NCBI GenBank assembly: GCA_963775465.1
Contig: CAVZIW010000013.1
Location: 1 to 64,000, forward strand
DNA from: Candidatus Bathyarchaeota archaeon
GTDB lineage: Archaea; Thermoproteota; Bathyarchaeia; Bathyarchaeales; Bathycorpusculaceae
Direction: 5' to 3'
DNA length: 64,000 bases
Shown: piece by piece, positions 20,030 to 30,031 of the stretch
Layout of the letters: every line of letters starts with the position of its first letter
Position numbering within the stretch: position 1 is the first letter of the stretch
Made by a program: the position numbers and the translations under genes
The notes under the pieces: model-generated
What the model was told of the DNA's origin: nothing
What the model saw: only the letters and a program-made list of their open reading frames with translations
Databases searched by the model: none

Positions 20030-20887
20030 CTAATTTTTCTTTATGATTTCTAGGCTCAAATCCAACGCTTTAACATTATGGGTTAACTCGCCTAAGCTAA
20101 TAATGTCAACTTGAGATTCAGCGTATTCCAACAGGTTTTCACCATTTATTCCACCGCTCACTTCAAGGATCAAGTTGCAAAACCCAGATTCTCTTAATGC
20201 CTTACAAGCCTTTTTAGCTTGTTTGGCGGAAAAATTATCCAGCATCACAATATCAGCGCCTGCTTCTGCAGCTTTTAAAGCATCTCCAAAGCTAGTGACT
20301 TCAACTTCGATTTTCTTACTAAAGGAAGCATTGGTTTTGGCTTTTTTAATAGCCTCTTCAATACTACCGACGATCGCCAAATGATTGTCTTTAATTAAAA
20401 TCATATCATCTAGGTGTAACCTGTGTGAATCACCACCGCCAAGTGCAACCGCCCTTTTATCAAAATAAAGAAGCCCTGGCGCAGATTTACGAGTAGCGGC
20501 AATTCTGGCTCTGCTATTTGCTTTCTGCAATTTTTCCCTCAACATCCTTGTTTTGGTTGCAATACCACTCATTCTTGAAAGAAGATTTAGCATGGTACGC
20601 TCTACACATAGGATAGCTTGGGCATCACCAGAAATCTCCAGTATGACTTGGGTGTTTTTAACTTTTTGTCCATCAGCAATTTTCACCTTCGTTTTCAACC
20701 CTAAATATTCTGCAAGCACTACAGCTTCTTCAACTCCCGCAACTAATCCATTTTCCTTTGCCACAATTTCTGCTCTAACGGGTAAATTCGAAGGGATTAC
20801 AGCAGCGGCTGTAACATCGCCCTGCCCCACATCGTCAACAAGGAATTGTTTGAGCTTATCCTCCAAAATCCTTCTGGGAATGAACAT
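20030..20887 (-). CDS. nadC: Nicotinate-nucleotide pyrophosphorylase (carboxylating)
   Basis: MSGIAT, ATRKSAPG, HRLHLDD, IKDNH, MLDNF, EVSGG. Confidence 0.95.
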   Translation of the reverse strand: MFIPRRILEDKLKQFLVDDVGQGDVTAAAVIPSNLPVRAEIVAKENGLVAGVEEAVVLAEYLGLKTKVKIADGQKVKNTQVILEISGDAQAILCVERTMLNLLSRMSGIATKTRMLREKLQKANSRARIAATRKSAPGLLYFDKRAVALGGGDSHRLHLDDMILIKDNHLAIVGSIEEAIKKAKTNASFSKKIEVEVTSFGDALKAAEAGADIVMLDNFSAKQAKKACKALRESGFCNLILEVSGGINGENLLEYAESQVDIISLGELTHNVKALDLSLEIIKKN

Positions 20888-20979
20888 ACTGTGTAATCTT
20901 AGTGTCAACGCTTTAAATTGATTCCTTTTTTGGTACCTTAAGAGATGGTTAAAATAAATCATAGTCCTAACTGTACTCT

Positions 20980-22119
20980 ATGAGATTGCTGCTCAGCTGC
21001 TCCGAACTAGGCTTAGGACATGTATCTCGAATCATTCCGTTAGGAAAACTGCTGGAAAGAAAGGGGCATGACTTGTTTTTTTTCTCAGGCAACAAAGCAT
21101 TCGAATTGCTACAAAAAGAGTTTAATAACGTGTACAGGTGCACTCCAGTCTCATGGTACGAAAACGTACATGGAATCATAACTTCAGCTTCCTTAATCAA
21201 CCTCCTATTTCCCCTTCCACTGTATGACACGGAAAAGAACACTTTTGAACTAAAAAGTTCCAACGCAATGGAAACCATTCACCGTTACTACGACCTGCGA
21301 AAAAAACTGCACGACATTGCCCCAGACATAATTATCGCCGATGGCGACATAAACGCACTTCGGTTAGCTTCGCGATGGAAGATTCCTTCAGTTTATATCG
21401 CTAACATGATTAGACCAAGCTACGGTTTCTCAGCTTTTCTCAGTCCGGGCGAACGGATCGTTGAAAGATACGTAAAACAGTCGCTCAGAATAATAATTCC
21501 TGACAACCCTCCACCTTACACTATTTCTGAATACAGTATAGGCAATTTAAACAGCATGGGTTTGAGCGAAAAATCTGAATACACAGGAGCCTTCATTGAC
21601 ACAACCCCCGTTAAAGGAAAGCAAGAACATATCTATGCAGCAATAAGCGGTCCAATAGGAACAAGAGCCAAACTTACCAAAAACCTGTTACCGGTTCTAA
21701 AAAAATTCAAAACAAAATGCATAATAAGCCTCGGAACACCCGGAAGGAAGATAAAAACGGAAAAAGGCAATTGCGAGCTACACTCATGGCTCTCACCTGA
21801 AGAGCGACAGAACGCAATGAAAAACGCTAAATATGTTATTTTCAGCGGCGGCCATGCAACATGCTTTGAAACCATCAAATACGGCAAACCAACAATCTGC
21901 ATCCCAACCCAACCTGAACAATTAGGCAATGCAGCTAAACTTCAAGATATGAAATGCTCAATCACCGCAAAAAATCAAAAAGCTCTAGAAAAAGCAATAG
22001 AGAAAATTGAAGAAGAAATTGACGTATACACTAGCAACGTGACAGTTTTAAGCAAGTTTTCCAGCAGGTTTAAAGGTCTAGATAAAGCAGTTTCTATCGT
22101 GGAATCATTTCAGAGATAA
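20980..22119 (+). CDS. GT-B glycosyltransferase (GT28/MurG-like)
   Basis: GLGHVSR, GGHAT.FE...GKP...P.QPEQ..NA. Confidence 0.85.
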   Translation: MRLLLSCSELGLGHVSRIIPLGKLLERKGHDLFFFSGNKAFELLQKEFNNVYRCTPVSWYENVHGIITSASLINLLFPLPLYDTEKNTFELKSSNAMETIHRYYDLRKKLHDIAPDIIIADGDINALRLASRWKIPSVYIANMIRPSYGFSAFLSPGERIVERYVKQSLRIIIPDNPPPYTISEYSIGNLNSMGLSEKSEYTGAFIDTTPVKGKQEHIYAAISGPIGTRAKLTKNLLPVLKKFKTKCIISLGTPGRKIKTEKGNCELHSWLSPEERQNAMKNAKYVIFSGGHATCFETIKYGKPTICIPTQPEQLGNAAKLQDMKCSITAKNQKALEKAIEKIEEEIDVYTSNVTVLSKFSSRFKGLDKAVSIVESFQR

Positions 22120-22764
22120 TTACTCTTTAAGATTTAATCGAATGATTTTACCGTTAGGAGTTACTTCCTCAAAAATAATAGCAGAAAATTTGTAGACTTT
22201 GGAATCTTTTGTTAACCAACTATCTGGCGGCAAACCAGCTTTCATACAGCATTGACACAAAAATTCTTCCTCGCACCAACCCCATTCTACAGGCACCTGA
22301 GGCAATAGCAAACCTTTATGGTAACCTTGTTCAATTATTAGTCCATCCTCGCCCACCTTGATTTTACTCAAATAGTCTTTAGGGCTATAAGCCATAATAC
22401 GTTCAGGTGGAGTGAGAACACTGACTTCAAAAACAACCTTGCCTAACTCGTTAAATGACATTGACTCAAACCTAGGATCTTCAGTTGCAGCGTTGATGGC
22501 TGAGTCCATTACTGCCTCCACAAGAGTACTGGTTGGGTAAGGATATCCTATGCAACCACGAAGAGTTTTTTCGCGACCCCTTATTGTGTTTATGGTTACA
22601 AACACACCACAACGTTCGAAAAGCTTTTCCGGAGTATTTTTTGGCGGTTGAAGTTTTTTACCGTCTCCAAGATAACGTGTTACAGTGTTGCGTGCTAAGC
22701 GAACTAGAAAGGTCCCTTCATCCTGAGTTAATTCAAACGTCAATTTATTTTTCGCCTTAAACAA
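22120..22764 (-). CDS. AMMECR1/TIGR00296 family protein
   Basis: GVFVT, LRGCIG, DPRF, GLLLPQV, CMKAGL. Confidence 0.93.
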   Translation of the reverse strand: MFKAKNKLTFELTQDEGTFLVRLARNTVTRYLGDGKKLQPPKNTPEKLFERCGVFVTINTIRGREKTLRGCIGYPYPTSTLVEAVMDSAINAATEDPRFESMSFNELGKVVFEVSVLTPPERIMAYSPKDYLSKIKVGEDGLIIEQGYHKGLLLPQVPVEWGWCEEEFLCQCCMKAGLPPDSWLTKDSKVYKFSAIIFEEVTPNGKIIRLNLKE

Positions 22765-22812
22765 GCTAATCTATACTAAATATTAATGAAAAAAGCGGAG
22801 GAGATAAATTAT

Positions 22813-23517
22813 TTAGAATTTCATAGAGTCTTCAGTTACGCCCTCTTCGGTTATAATAAGAAAATCTACACCGTCTCCGCTGGTTGCGTCTCTGCTTATA
22901 GCAGATTTTATAGAGCGCGTAATAAGTTCTTTGGCTTCCTTAAGTGTAAGGTTTTCTTTATAACCCTCCTCAATTACTCCAATCGCAATTTCTGTTCCTG
23001 AACCCACCGCTGCATATTTATCCGGAATAAGTGAACCCAAAACATCTAGCACGTAAAGGGAGGCACCTTCTTGGTCTAAACCACCAACAATTGTCTGAGT
23101 AATAAGAGGTGCATACCGGCGATTAAAAAGAACATTGGCCAATAGCTTTGCTGATGACCGAACACTGATTTTTCTTCCAACGTCCATACTATAGAGATTA
23201 GCTTGGGCCTCCATTTCTTTGGCAAGAATCTGCATGTCTCCGACTAAACCTGCACACGCAACGCCGATTTGGTCTGTTATCTTAAAAACTTTCTTGCCAC
23301 CTTTACTCATAACAAAGTATCCATATGTTACGCGCTTTTCAGCAGCTAAGATTACACCGCCTTGGAAAATAAGACCAACAGTAGTAGCACCTGGAACCCA
23401 GGCATATCCCTGCTGGGCGCCTTGACCTTGTGTTTGCTGCTGTTGTTCTTGCTGCGGCATCATTGGAATTTGTGGAATTTGAGGTAAATGCGGAAGTTGT
23501 GGTCCGATTTTTTCCAT
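22813..23517 (-). CDS. psmB: Proteasome beta subunit (Thr1 position is Ala; Q/P-rich N-terminal extension)
   Basis: PGATTVG, AAEKRVT, GLVGDMQ, GSG, RDATSGDG. Confidence 0.9.
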   Translation of the reverse strand: MEKIGPQLPHLPQIPQIPMMPQQEQQQQTQGQGAQQGYAWVPGATTVGLIFQGGVILAAEKRVTYGYFVMSKGGKKVFKITDQIGVACAGLVGDMQILAKEMEAQANLYSMDVGRKISVRSSAKLLANVLFNRRYAPLITQTIVGGLDQEGASLYVLDVLGSLIPDKYAAVGSGTEIAIGVIEEGYKENLTLKEAKELITRSIKSAISRDATSGDGVDFLIITEEGVTEDSMKF

Positions 23518-23808
23518 AATTTTTTCGCCTTTTCGGGTTGTTATACACAAGACAATCTATTAAGCTTACTTATAACCATTATAGGATAATCGAAGTAACT
23601 CAAAAAGAGTTAAAGGAACCGGCAAAGTACTAAAAGGCGGTAAATTTATCAGTCATATAATGATTAAAGCCAAAAGGGCATTTGAGCGCAGATCTGTTTT
23701 GATAAAGTAAAAAAAATAATCGGCACTACACTGATTGTTCTCACGGTCAAATTTTACCGAGACAACTTTTAACATTGAGTATGCTGTCACTTAAGTTGAA
23801 GCACAAAA

Positions 23809-24396
23809 ATGTTAGAGGTTTACGTCCAAAACGTAGATAATACTTGGTTTGCAATAGCCTGCACTCAACAAAAAATCGTAGCAACATCTTTTAGCAGAAC
23901 CCAAGAATCAACACTTAGCAATACGCTAAGCAACATTCCTTTCAATATGCCGGTTCAAGTTCTACATGAACCATCCAACTTCGCTAAAAGCGCGTTTGCT
24001 ATTCTAAAAACAATCTACGACGGCAAAGAAGCCAAAAACAAACTTTCCTTAATCACACACACTTTGCCTGCTTACACCAGAAAAGTGCTCAAGGTTACAT
24101 CCGCAATTCCTGTTGGTTACGTCTCTTCGTATGGAGCAATTGCTAAAGCTGTTGGCGGCAGTCCAAGAGCTGTGGGCAATGTTATGGCTGCAAACCCTTT
24201 TGTTCCAATTGTCCCATGCCATCGGGTAGTTAAATCAGACTTTACTTTGGGCGGTTACGGCGGCGGTTTAGAAACTAAACTCGAATTTTTAAAACGAGAA
24301 AAAAGAGGCTACCCATACCCGAAGAAAATTACGATAAACAGTGGATATCTTGAGCTTTTCCCCGTCGAGTTTGTCCTCAAAAATTTGACCTTATAA
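23809..24396 (+). CDS. ogt: Methylated-DNA-protein-cysteine methyltransferase
   Basis: RAVGNVMAANP, VPCHRV. Confidence 0.92.
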   Translation: MLEVYVQNVDNTWFAIACTQQKIVATSFSRTQESTLSNTLSNIPFNMPVQVLHEPSNFAKSAFAILKTIYDGKEAKNKLSLITHTLPAYTRKVLKVTSAIPVGYVSSYGAIAKAVGGSPRAVGNVMAANPFVPIVPCHRVVKSDFTLGGYGGGLETKLEFLKREKRGYPYPKKITINSGYLELFPVEFVLKNLTL

Positions 24397-24417
24397 TATT
24401 ATTTACACAAATGATAA

Positions 24418-24981
24418 ATGCAGGCTAACCTAACCACAAAGCGAGGAAGAATTGTGGTTAATCGAGGACTTTACGTTGGGCGGTTCCAGCCCTTCCATAT
24501 TGGACACTTAGACGCAATAGAACACGCTCTAAGAGAAGTTGATGAACTAGTTATCGTTATAGGTAGCGCTCAATACAGCCATAACTGTGACAATCCCTTC
24601 ACTGCAGGCGAGAGACTGTTTATGATTAGCAAAGCATTACTCGAGGCAAAAGTTGATAATTCCAAATTATGGATTGTTCCTGTACCTGATGTTCATCTTC
24701 ACATGCTCTGGGTCAGCGCAGTTGAAGGCTACACACCCAAATTCAACGTCTTGTACTCAAATGAACCACTTACAAGAAGACTCTTCATGGAAGCAGGTTA
24801 TCTTGTTAAGAATATTCCGTTGTTCGACCGCAAAGCGTATGATTCAACAATAGTAAGAGAAAGAATGATTAAAGACGAAAGCTGGATAGAGCTCGTGCCC
24901 AGAAGCGTTGCCAAATTTATCAAAGAAATCGATGGAGTAAACAGGCTAAGAGATTTAATGCAGACGGATAAGGCCACTTAA
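24418..24981 (+). CDS. nadM: Nicotinamide-nucleotide adenylyltransferase
   Basis: GRFQPFHIGH, GSAQYSH, NPFTAGER. Confidence 0.93.
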   Translation: MQANLTTKRGRIVVNRGLYVGRFQPFHIGHLDAIEHALREVDELVIVIGSAQYSHNCDNPFTAGERLFMISKALLEAKVDNSKLWIVPVPDVHLHMLWVSAVEGYTPKFNVLYSNEPLTRRLFMEAGYLVKNIPLFDRKAYDSTIVRERMIKDESWIELVPRSVAKFIKEIDGVNRLRDLMQTDKAT

Positions 24982-25553
24982 ACAACCATCTTATCCTTCG
25001 AAGCCAAATTATAAAAACGCCAAGCTAACAAGTAAACGGTAATTAGAATTAGAAGTCCTACAAACACTCCGAACATATCTGGCAAATACGCAAACAAATT
25101 ATTAGACACATGAAGCGACACAGAAATCAAATAGTAGGGCAATGGGTTTTTTTTTGCGATACCATAAGCAGTTATACCGGCGCTTGAAGCATGAAAAATA
25201 ACGCCTGGAATCCTGACAAAGAAGGGTACGCCTTGAAAGAAAACATACAAAACAAATTCTGAAATGCCAAAACCCAAACCAATCAACACACCCAAGACAA
25301 CGTAAGAACGTTCAGTTTCGCCATGCCTATAAAAAAGCGGAAAAACCTTCGCTAACTCTTCAATGAAAGGCGCTAAAACAATAATCGCCAAAGCCGAGGG
25401 GAAAAAAGGGTAAAATTGGGAAAAGAAAAGCGTGAAAGGAATACTAACCAAAATACCTGATATGAAGAAAAAAATGTATTCTTTGGAGCTTGGTTTATGA
25501 ATAGGAATTACACAATGTCTTGGCGGTGTTTGATTCTCCATAAAAAGCAGCAT
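24978..25553 (-). CDS. PrsW-family intramembrane protease
   Basis: APFIEELAK, GLGFGISE, FHA, LHVSNN. Confidence 0.85.
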   Translation of the reverse strand: MLLFMENQTPPRHCVIPIHKPSSKEYIFFFISGILVSIPFTLFFSQFYPFFPSALAIIVLAPFIEELAKVFPLFYRHGETERSYVVLGVLIGLGFGISEFVLYVFFQGVPFFVRIPGVIFHASSAGITAYGIAKKNPLPYYLISVSLHVSNNLFAYLPDMFGVFVGLLILITVYLLAWRFYNLASKDKMVV

Positions 25554-25600
25554 CCAATAACCAAAGAACCAATAACTTGCTTATCAGCTTAACGATACCG

Positions 25601-26956
25601 CTAGAAGCCTGCCGCAATTGGATCTTTGGTCTTCATGAGTTCTCTTAAAACCACAGTAGCGTAGCTACCTCTGTTTAACATAAAACTTGCTTGAGTAGAA
25701 TCGTCTAAAACTTTCGTTAACTTGAAGTCACGAACTGGAGAAAGAACAGTTCGTAATCCACCTTTGCCGCCAACTCTTGACAACTCATTGAGCCTCAACG
25801 GTTCATCTTTGAGTCCTTCGGCAGCCAAAACTAAACGTTCAACCCGACCCATAACTCCCTGCGAAAGTTTTTGTTTAGCACCAAAAATCGGCAACGCAAC
25901 ACGCAGTTTTCCTTCTTTAACCTGCTTGTTACAATCAATCAGGGATTCAGCGGTAACAATCTTAGAAACAATCGTAAGAGGCAGACCTGAACGTTCAACT
26001 GCAACAACAAAATCACCAACCAGAGCCTCGCTCAAAGGCAAACCACCTTTAATTCTCTCACTTAAGAAACGGTTGAACAGATAGGATTGATGTGCCTGAA
26101 CAAAAAGCGCTTGCAATTTAATCGGCAATCGCTTGAAAGCACCCAAAAAATCATCGGGGCTTTCGACTAGATGGCGAAGCATTAAACGTTCAAAACGTAA
26201 TTGCTTCGGAAAATTCTCCAAAGCCTTTTTGAAATCGCGAGTTGACTCAAGTTCCTGCCTTGCTTGCTGTGAATTAAGATGTTCAAACTTACTGGGTTTT
26301 GCCAAGAAAAGCATCGCTGCCTCTTCAAAGTTGCCGTGAGATAAGGCATTACCGACTTTATGGGTAATCGGACGAGTAGTACCGAAGCGTTGGTGTCCAA
26401 AAAAATTGGGGATACCACCTATTGCTTTAAGTTCTTTTATTGTTTGATTTGTGCGTTCTTGGATAATTTCTTTTGTATGGGAAATATTTTTGATAGTTAT
26501 GGTAAAAAAATTGCCTAGAAGGTAAAAAAGAGACATTTGTTCACGAACATAACCCACAGGTTTAATAGTTATGTCTTTGACCTCAACTTTAGCAGCATCT
26601 TCTCTTGAAACATTCTCAAGCGTGACATATTGAGCCGTAACTGCTTTAGCGTCCTTTATTCCAGCAAACTGAACTCTTTCCTGATCAATATCCAATGCTT
26701 TGGCAACGTTCTTAACAGCAAGGAATGTGTCCCAATTACGTTTAACCAAAACACAAAGCAAAAAATGTTGCCTCGGAGTGATGGAACCCAAGACCTTACT
26801 GGGAACTTCATCGCTTGTACTTGCTTTGGATCCATCTACAAGAATCTCTTCAACCACAAAATCCTCAACAGATTCACGAATCAAACCACCCACACCAGGC
26901 ATTTTGGTACCGTAAACCTCAATTCCGAGCAACCTATCAATTTCAGGAACAGACAA
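25601..26956 (-). CDS. truD: tRNA pseudouridine(13) synthase
   Basis: EDFVVEE, AGIKDAKAVTAQ, PNFFGHQRFG, GSYATVVLRE. Confidence 0.95.
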   Translation of the reverse strand: MSVPEIDRLLGIEVYGTKMPGVGGLIRESVEDFVVEEILVDGSKASTSDEVPSKVLGSITPRQHFLLCVLVKRNWDTFLAVKNVAKALDIDQERVQFAGIKDAKAVTAQYVTLENVSREDAAKVEVKDITIKPVGYVREQMSLFYLLGNFFTITIKNISHTKEIIQERTNQTIKELKAIGGIPNFFGHQRFGTTRPITHKVGNALSHGNFEEAAMLFLAKPSKFEHLNSQQARQELESTRDFKKALENFPKQLRFERLMLRHLVESPDDFLGAFKRLPIKLQALFVQAHQSYLFNRFLSERIKGGLPLSEALVGDFVVAVERSGLPLTIVSKIVTAESLIDCNKQVKEGKLRVALPIFGAKQKLSQGVMGRVERLVLAAEGLKDEPLRLNELSRVGGKGGLRTVLSPVRDFKLTKVLDDSTQASFMLNRGSYATVVLRELMKTKDPIAAGF

Positions 26957-26965
26957 TCAAGTCGC

Positions 26966-27328
26966 CTACAACAACTTTAGGTTAGCCGTTAATCGGTCAA
27001 TCATCCTAGAAGGGGCAGGACCAATCCCAAGACAAGTTATTGTTCCCTCTGGAACCTCAGTTAAACCCCTGTCAACAATGAGTGCATGTGGCAAACCTAA
27101 ATCATCAGCAGCTTGTTCGAGTTCACCTAACTCTTTTTCGCCTTCAACCTTGACAGCGACTTTCTTTTGCCCCTCAAAAATCCACCCTTCCCACCACTTC
27201 TTATGGCGCTGGTAAGCATCTTGTGCAGCTGAAACCGCAGCGTGACCCGCCTGGGCTGCTATTTTGCCTTTACTCATCTGCAAGTCAGTTCGAAAGACGA
27301 GAACTTGTTTGTATTCAAACTCGCTCAT
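26966..27328 (-). CDS. pth2: Peptidyl-tRNA hydrolase 2
   Basis: RTDLQMSKGKIAAQAGHA, DRGLTEV, GIGPAP. Confidence 0.95.
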   Translation of the reverse strand: MSEFEYKQVLVFRTDLQMSKGKIAAQAGHAAVSAAQDAYQRHKKWWEGWIFEGQKKVAVKVEGEKELGELEQAADDLGLPHALIVDRGLTEVPEGTITCLGIGPAPSRMIDRLTANLKLL

Positions 27329-27363
27329 TGGACATTTCCAGCTATAGGTTGGCAAAGAAGATT

Positions 27364-28614
27364 TTAAGGGTTTGTGGACAAGTAGAGCAATCCAAAATAT
27401 AGAAAAGCTGCAACCATCGGAGGTTTCCGAAGAACCTTCAGCAACATTTTTCCTTGAAAATCAATTTCATCAACATCTCGCAACGCCTTATTTACTCTTA
27501 ACTTTTGGCAGACTCGAATCATCTCGTCAAATTTCGCGTCGGACAGTGAATCCAAAAACCTCCTGAGTCGAAGCATAACTCGGAAATCAAAGTCATAAAA
27601 CTTATTGCATCTCTGTTGGTAAGCTTGGAGAATTTTGGAAGAGACATCTCCTCGATGTATGGCTTGACATGCAATCTCAGCAGATTCTTTGGCAGCTACT
27701 AATCCAAAGATTACTCCGCCTCCTGTCGTGGGCTTAACTTGCGAAGCGCAATCGCCTACCGCGAGAAAGCCGTCTGAAAAAATTTTTGGAATTGGTCCTC
27801 CTAATGTGATAGCGTGGTAGCCTATTTTGGAGATTCTCGCTTTTGCTAACTGTTTGGATGCTACTGGATGTTTTGCCATAAGCCGTCTGAGGTATTCGCG
27901 TGGGTTGCCGGTGTTGGTTGCTAAACCTAGTTTCGCTGAGCCATCGCGTCGTGGAATAAGCCAGCCGTAAAAACCAGGAGCGTAACCTTTACCAAAATAA
28001 ACTTCAACTGCATCGAGATCAAAGTCCGAAACGTTTTCGATTTCCGCTTCAACGGCAATTACTAATCCGCTGGGTTTTAAAGCTCTCAAACCTACTTGCC
28101 TTATAAGCCTTGAAGAAATACCCTCTGCATCTATTACAACTTTTGAAGAAATGCTCTCTTCTCTGTTATCACCTTGCTTGACGCAAACGCCATTTACAAA
28201 ACCATTGGACATTAAAAGCGATTGAACACGTGCATTCAAAACATAACTTACCCCAGCTTCTTTCGCTTTTTCTGCCAGGTATTGGTCAAAACGTGCTCTG
28301 TTTAACACAACCGTTACGGGGCTGGAGAGATCAAGCGAAAACTTGGTACCTTGAGAAGAGTAGAAATTAGCAGAACAAAAAGTGTTTTCCTCAATATCTA
28401 TTGGAAGCGGATAGAGACCCAAGTTTTCTAGACTTCGAATACTGATGTGACCTGCACAGTGTGAAGGTAACCCTACCTGCGTATGCTCTTCATAAACGGT
28501 AGTTTCAAAACCCTTTTTTGCTAGTTGTAAGGCTGCGTATGAACCGACGGGTCCACCTCCAACTACTATAACATCTGAATTCTTGGGTGACAAAGTTTTG
28601 TTGAAGGAGACCAT
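27364..28614 (-). CDS. Geranylgeranyl reductase family flavoprotein
   Basis: GGGPVG, HCAG, PGFYGWLIP, GDCASQVKPTTGGG. Confidence 0.88.
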   Translation of the reverse strand: MVSFNKTLSPKNSDVIVVGGGPVGSYAALQLAKKGFETTVYEEHTQVGLPSHCAGHISIRSLENLGLYPLPIDIEENTFCSANFYSSQGTKFSLDLSSPVTVVLNRARFDQYLAEKAKEAGVSYVLNARVQSLLMSNGFVNGVCVKQGDNREESISSKVVIDAEGISSRLIRQVGLRALKPSGLVIAVEAEIENVSDFDLDAVEVYFGKGYAPGFYGWLIPRRDGSAKLGLATNTGNPREYLRRLMAKHPVASKQLAKARISKIGYHAITLGGPIPKIFSDGFLAVGDCASQVKPTTGGGVIFGLVAAKESAEIACQAIHRGDVSSKILQAYQQRCNKFYDFDFRVMLRLRRFLDSLSDAKFDEMIRVCQKLRVNKALRDVDEIDFQGKMLLKVLRKPPMVAAFLYFGLLYLSTNP

Positions 28615-28850
28615 GATTAAGCAATGGAACAAAAGTGTATATAAGCAAAAGCTACCTTTATACAAAAATATATGTAAAAATCCAATTTGAACTAAAAAGT
28701 ACCTCTACGAAAACTCAAGTGGAGCTACCTCAAAAATAGAAAAGAGAAAATAGATTTTTTGCAGGTTGACTTGTCTCTTACTTTGACTATTGCTTCTTGT
28801 GATAAGCTAATTCTATATAGGACTAACTTGATATTCAGAGTAGATAAAAA

Positions 28851-29777
28851 ATGGCAGCTCAAACCTTTGACATTGGAGCGGTTGGACACCTCTCAGTTGA
28901 TATTATAATGTTGCCAAGCAGGACTAAACCGTTCACGGTTTTAGGTGGTGCCGCAACCTACACGTCTTTTGCTGCCAAAGTTCTAGATTCAACCGCAGCT
29001 GTTATCTCAAAAGTTGGCGGTAATTTTCCGCAAGCTTACCTCTGGTGGATGAAAGAAGAAGGAATTGAAATTGCAAATATATCGAGACTTGCAGATAAAC
29101 CAACAACTTGTTTTGAACTTGCCTACGGCAAAGACCTCGCTGAGCGAAAGCTCAGACTGAAAAGCAAAGGACCGCCTATAACTGTCGAAGATGTGCCCAA
29201 CAATTTCCACGCTAAAGCGGTACATATCGCACCTATCGCCAACGAAACTAGCTACGAATTGGTTGAGCGACTCAAGGAGTGCGCGGACATTTTGTCAATC
29301 GACCCTCAAGGATTACTCAGATCTTTCGATGAAGCAGGGAACGTAACAGAAAATGCGGCAGTTGACAACCGAGTCTTTAGCTTGGTCAATATTTATAAGT
29401 CGTCACAAAAAGAAATTTTCGCTTTGACAGGAGAATCAGAGCTTAAAGCAGCAATAAGGGCAGTTCACGATGTTGGAGTAGAAACCGTGATAATCACAAA
29501 CGGCATAAAAGGCTCGGTTCTCTCTGTTGGGGGAGCACAATACAATATCGCAGCGTGCCCTTCACAGGTCCTTGTCGACCCAACAGGAGCAGGAGACGTT
29601 TTCATTGGAGGCTTCTTGACCGAATACATCCGTCAAAAAGAATCGCTCTGGTGCGCAACTGTAGGTTCAGCTGCAGCATCGTGCATTGTGGAGGGAATCG
29701 GGTCCACTTATTTTGGCAACAAGGAAGAGATTTATCGGAGAGCTCAAATTCTTTATGAAAAGGAACTTAAGCAATAG
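28851..29777 (+). CDS. PfkB-family kinase
   Basis: GGAATY, DPQG, DPTGAGDVF. Confidence 0.9.
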   Translation: MAAQTFDIGAVGHLSVDIIMLPSRTKPFTVLGGAATYTSFAAKVLDSTAAVISKVGGNFPQAYLWWMKEEGIEIANISRLADKPTTCFELAYGKDLAERKLRLKSKGPPITVEDVPNNFHAKAVHIAPIANETSYELVERLKECADILSIDPQGLLRSFDEAGNVTENAAVDNRVFSLVNIYKSSQKEIFALTGESELKAAIRAVHDVGVETVIITNGIKGSVLSVGGAQYNIAACPSQVLVDPTGAGDVFIGGFLTEYIRQKESLWCATVGSAAASCIVEGIGSTYFGNKEEIYRRAQILYEKELKQ

Positions 29778-29821
29778 CAACGTATCTACAGTTAAATTGG
29801 CGTATAATGAGGCGTGATTGT

Positions 29822-30022
29822 TTGGGTCGAATCGAAAAAGGCGAAAAGTGCAGTGTCTGTGGTAAAGAAGCTATCCGTTCCATATCGTCTGACAAAGTTA
29901 AAGCTGCAGGGATGAATGCTGGAAAAGATAAACGTGCTTTCCTCTGCAAAGAGCACTATAAGGAATTCAAAAAGAAGACAAAGAAAGACAAAACTCTAGA
30001 CAAATGGCGCTATGGTAAGTGA
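29822..30022 (+). CDS. Small conserved archaeal zinc-finger protein
   Basis: MGRIEKG..CSVCG...LCKEHYKEFKK; co-oriented just upstream of thrS. Confidence 0.75.
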   Translation: MGRIEKGEKCSVCGKEAIRSISSDKVKAAGMNAGKDKRAFLCKEHYKEFKKKTKKDKTLDKWRYGK

Positions 30023-30031
30023 GGCATCTTT

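Noticed and set aside
23596-23612. TAACTC-AAAAA-GAGTTA inverted repeat upstream of psmB
   Set aside because: Only 6 bp in an AT-rich spacer; expected by chance
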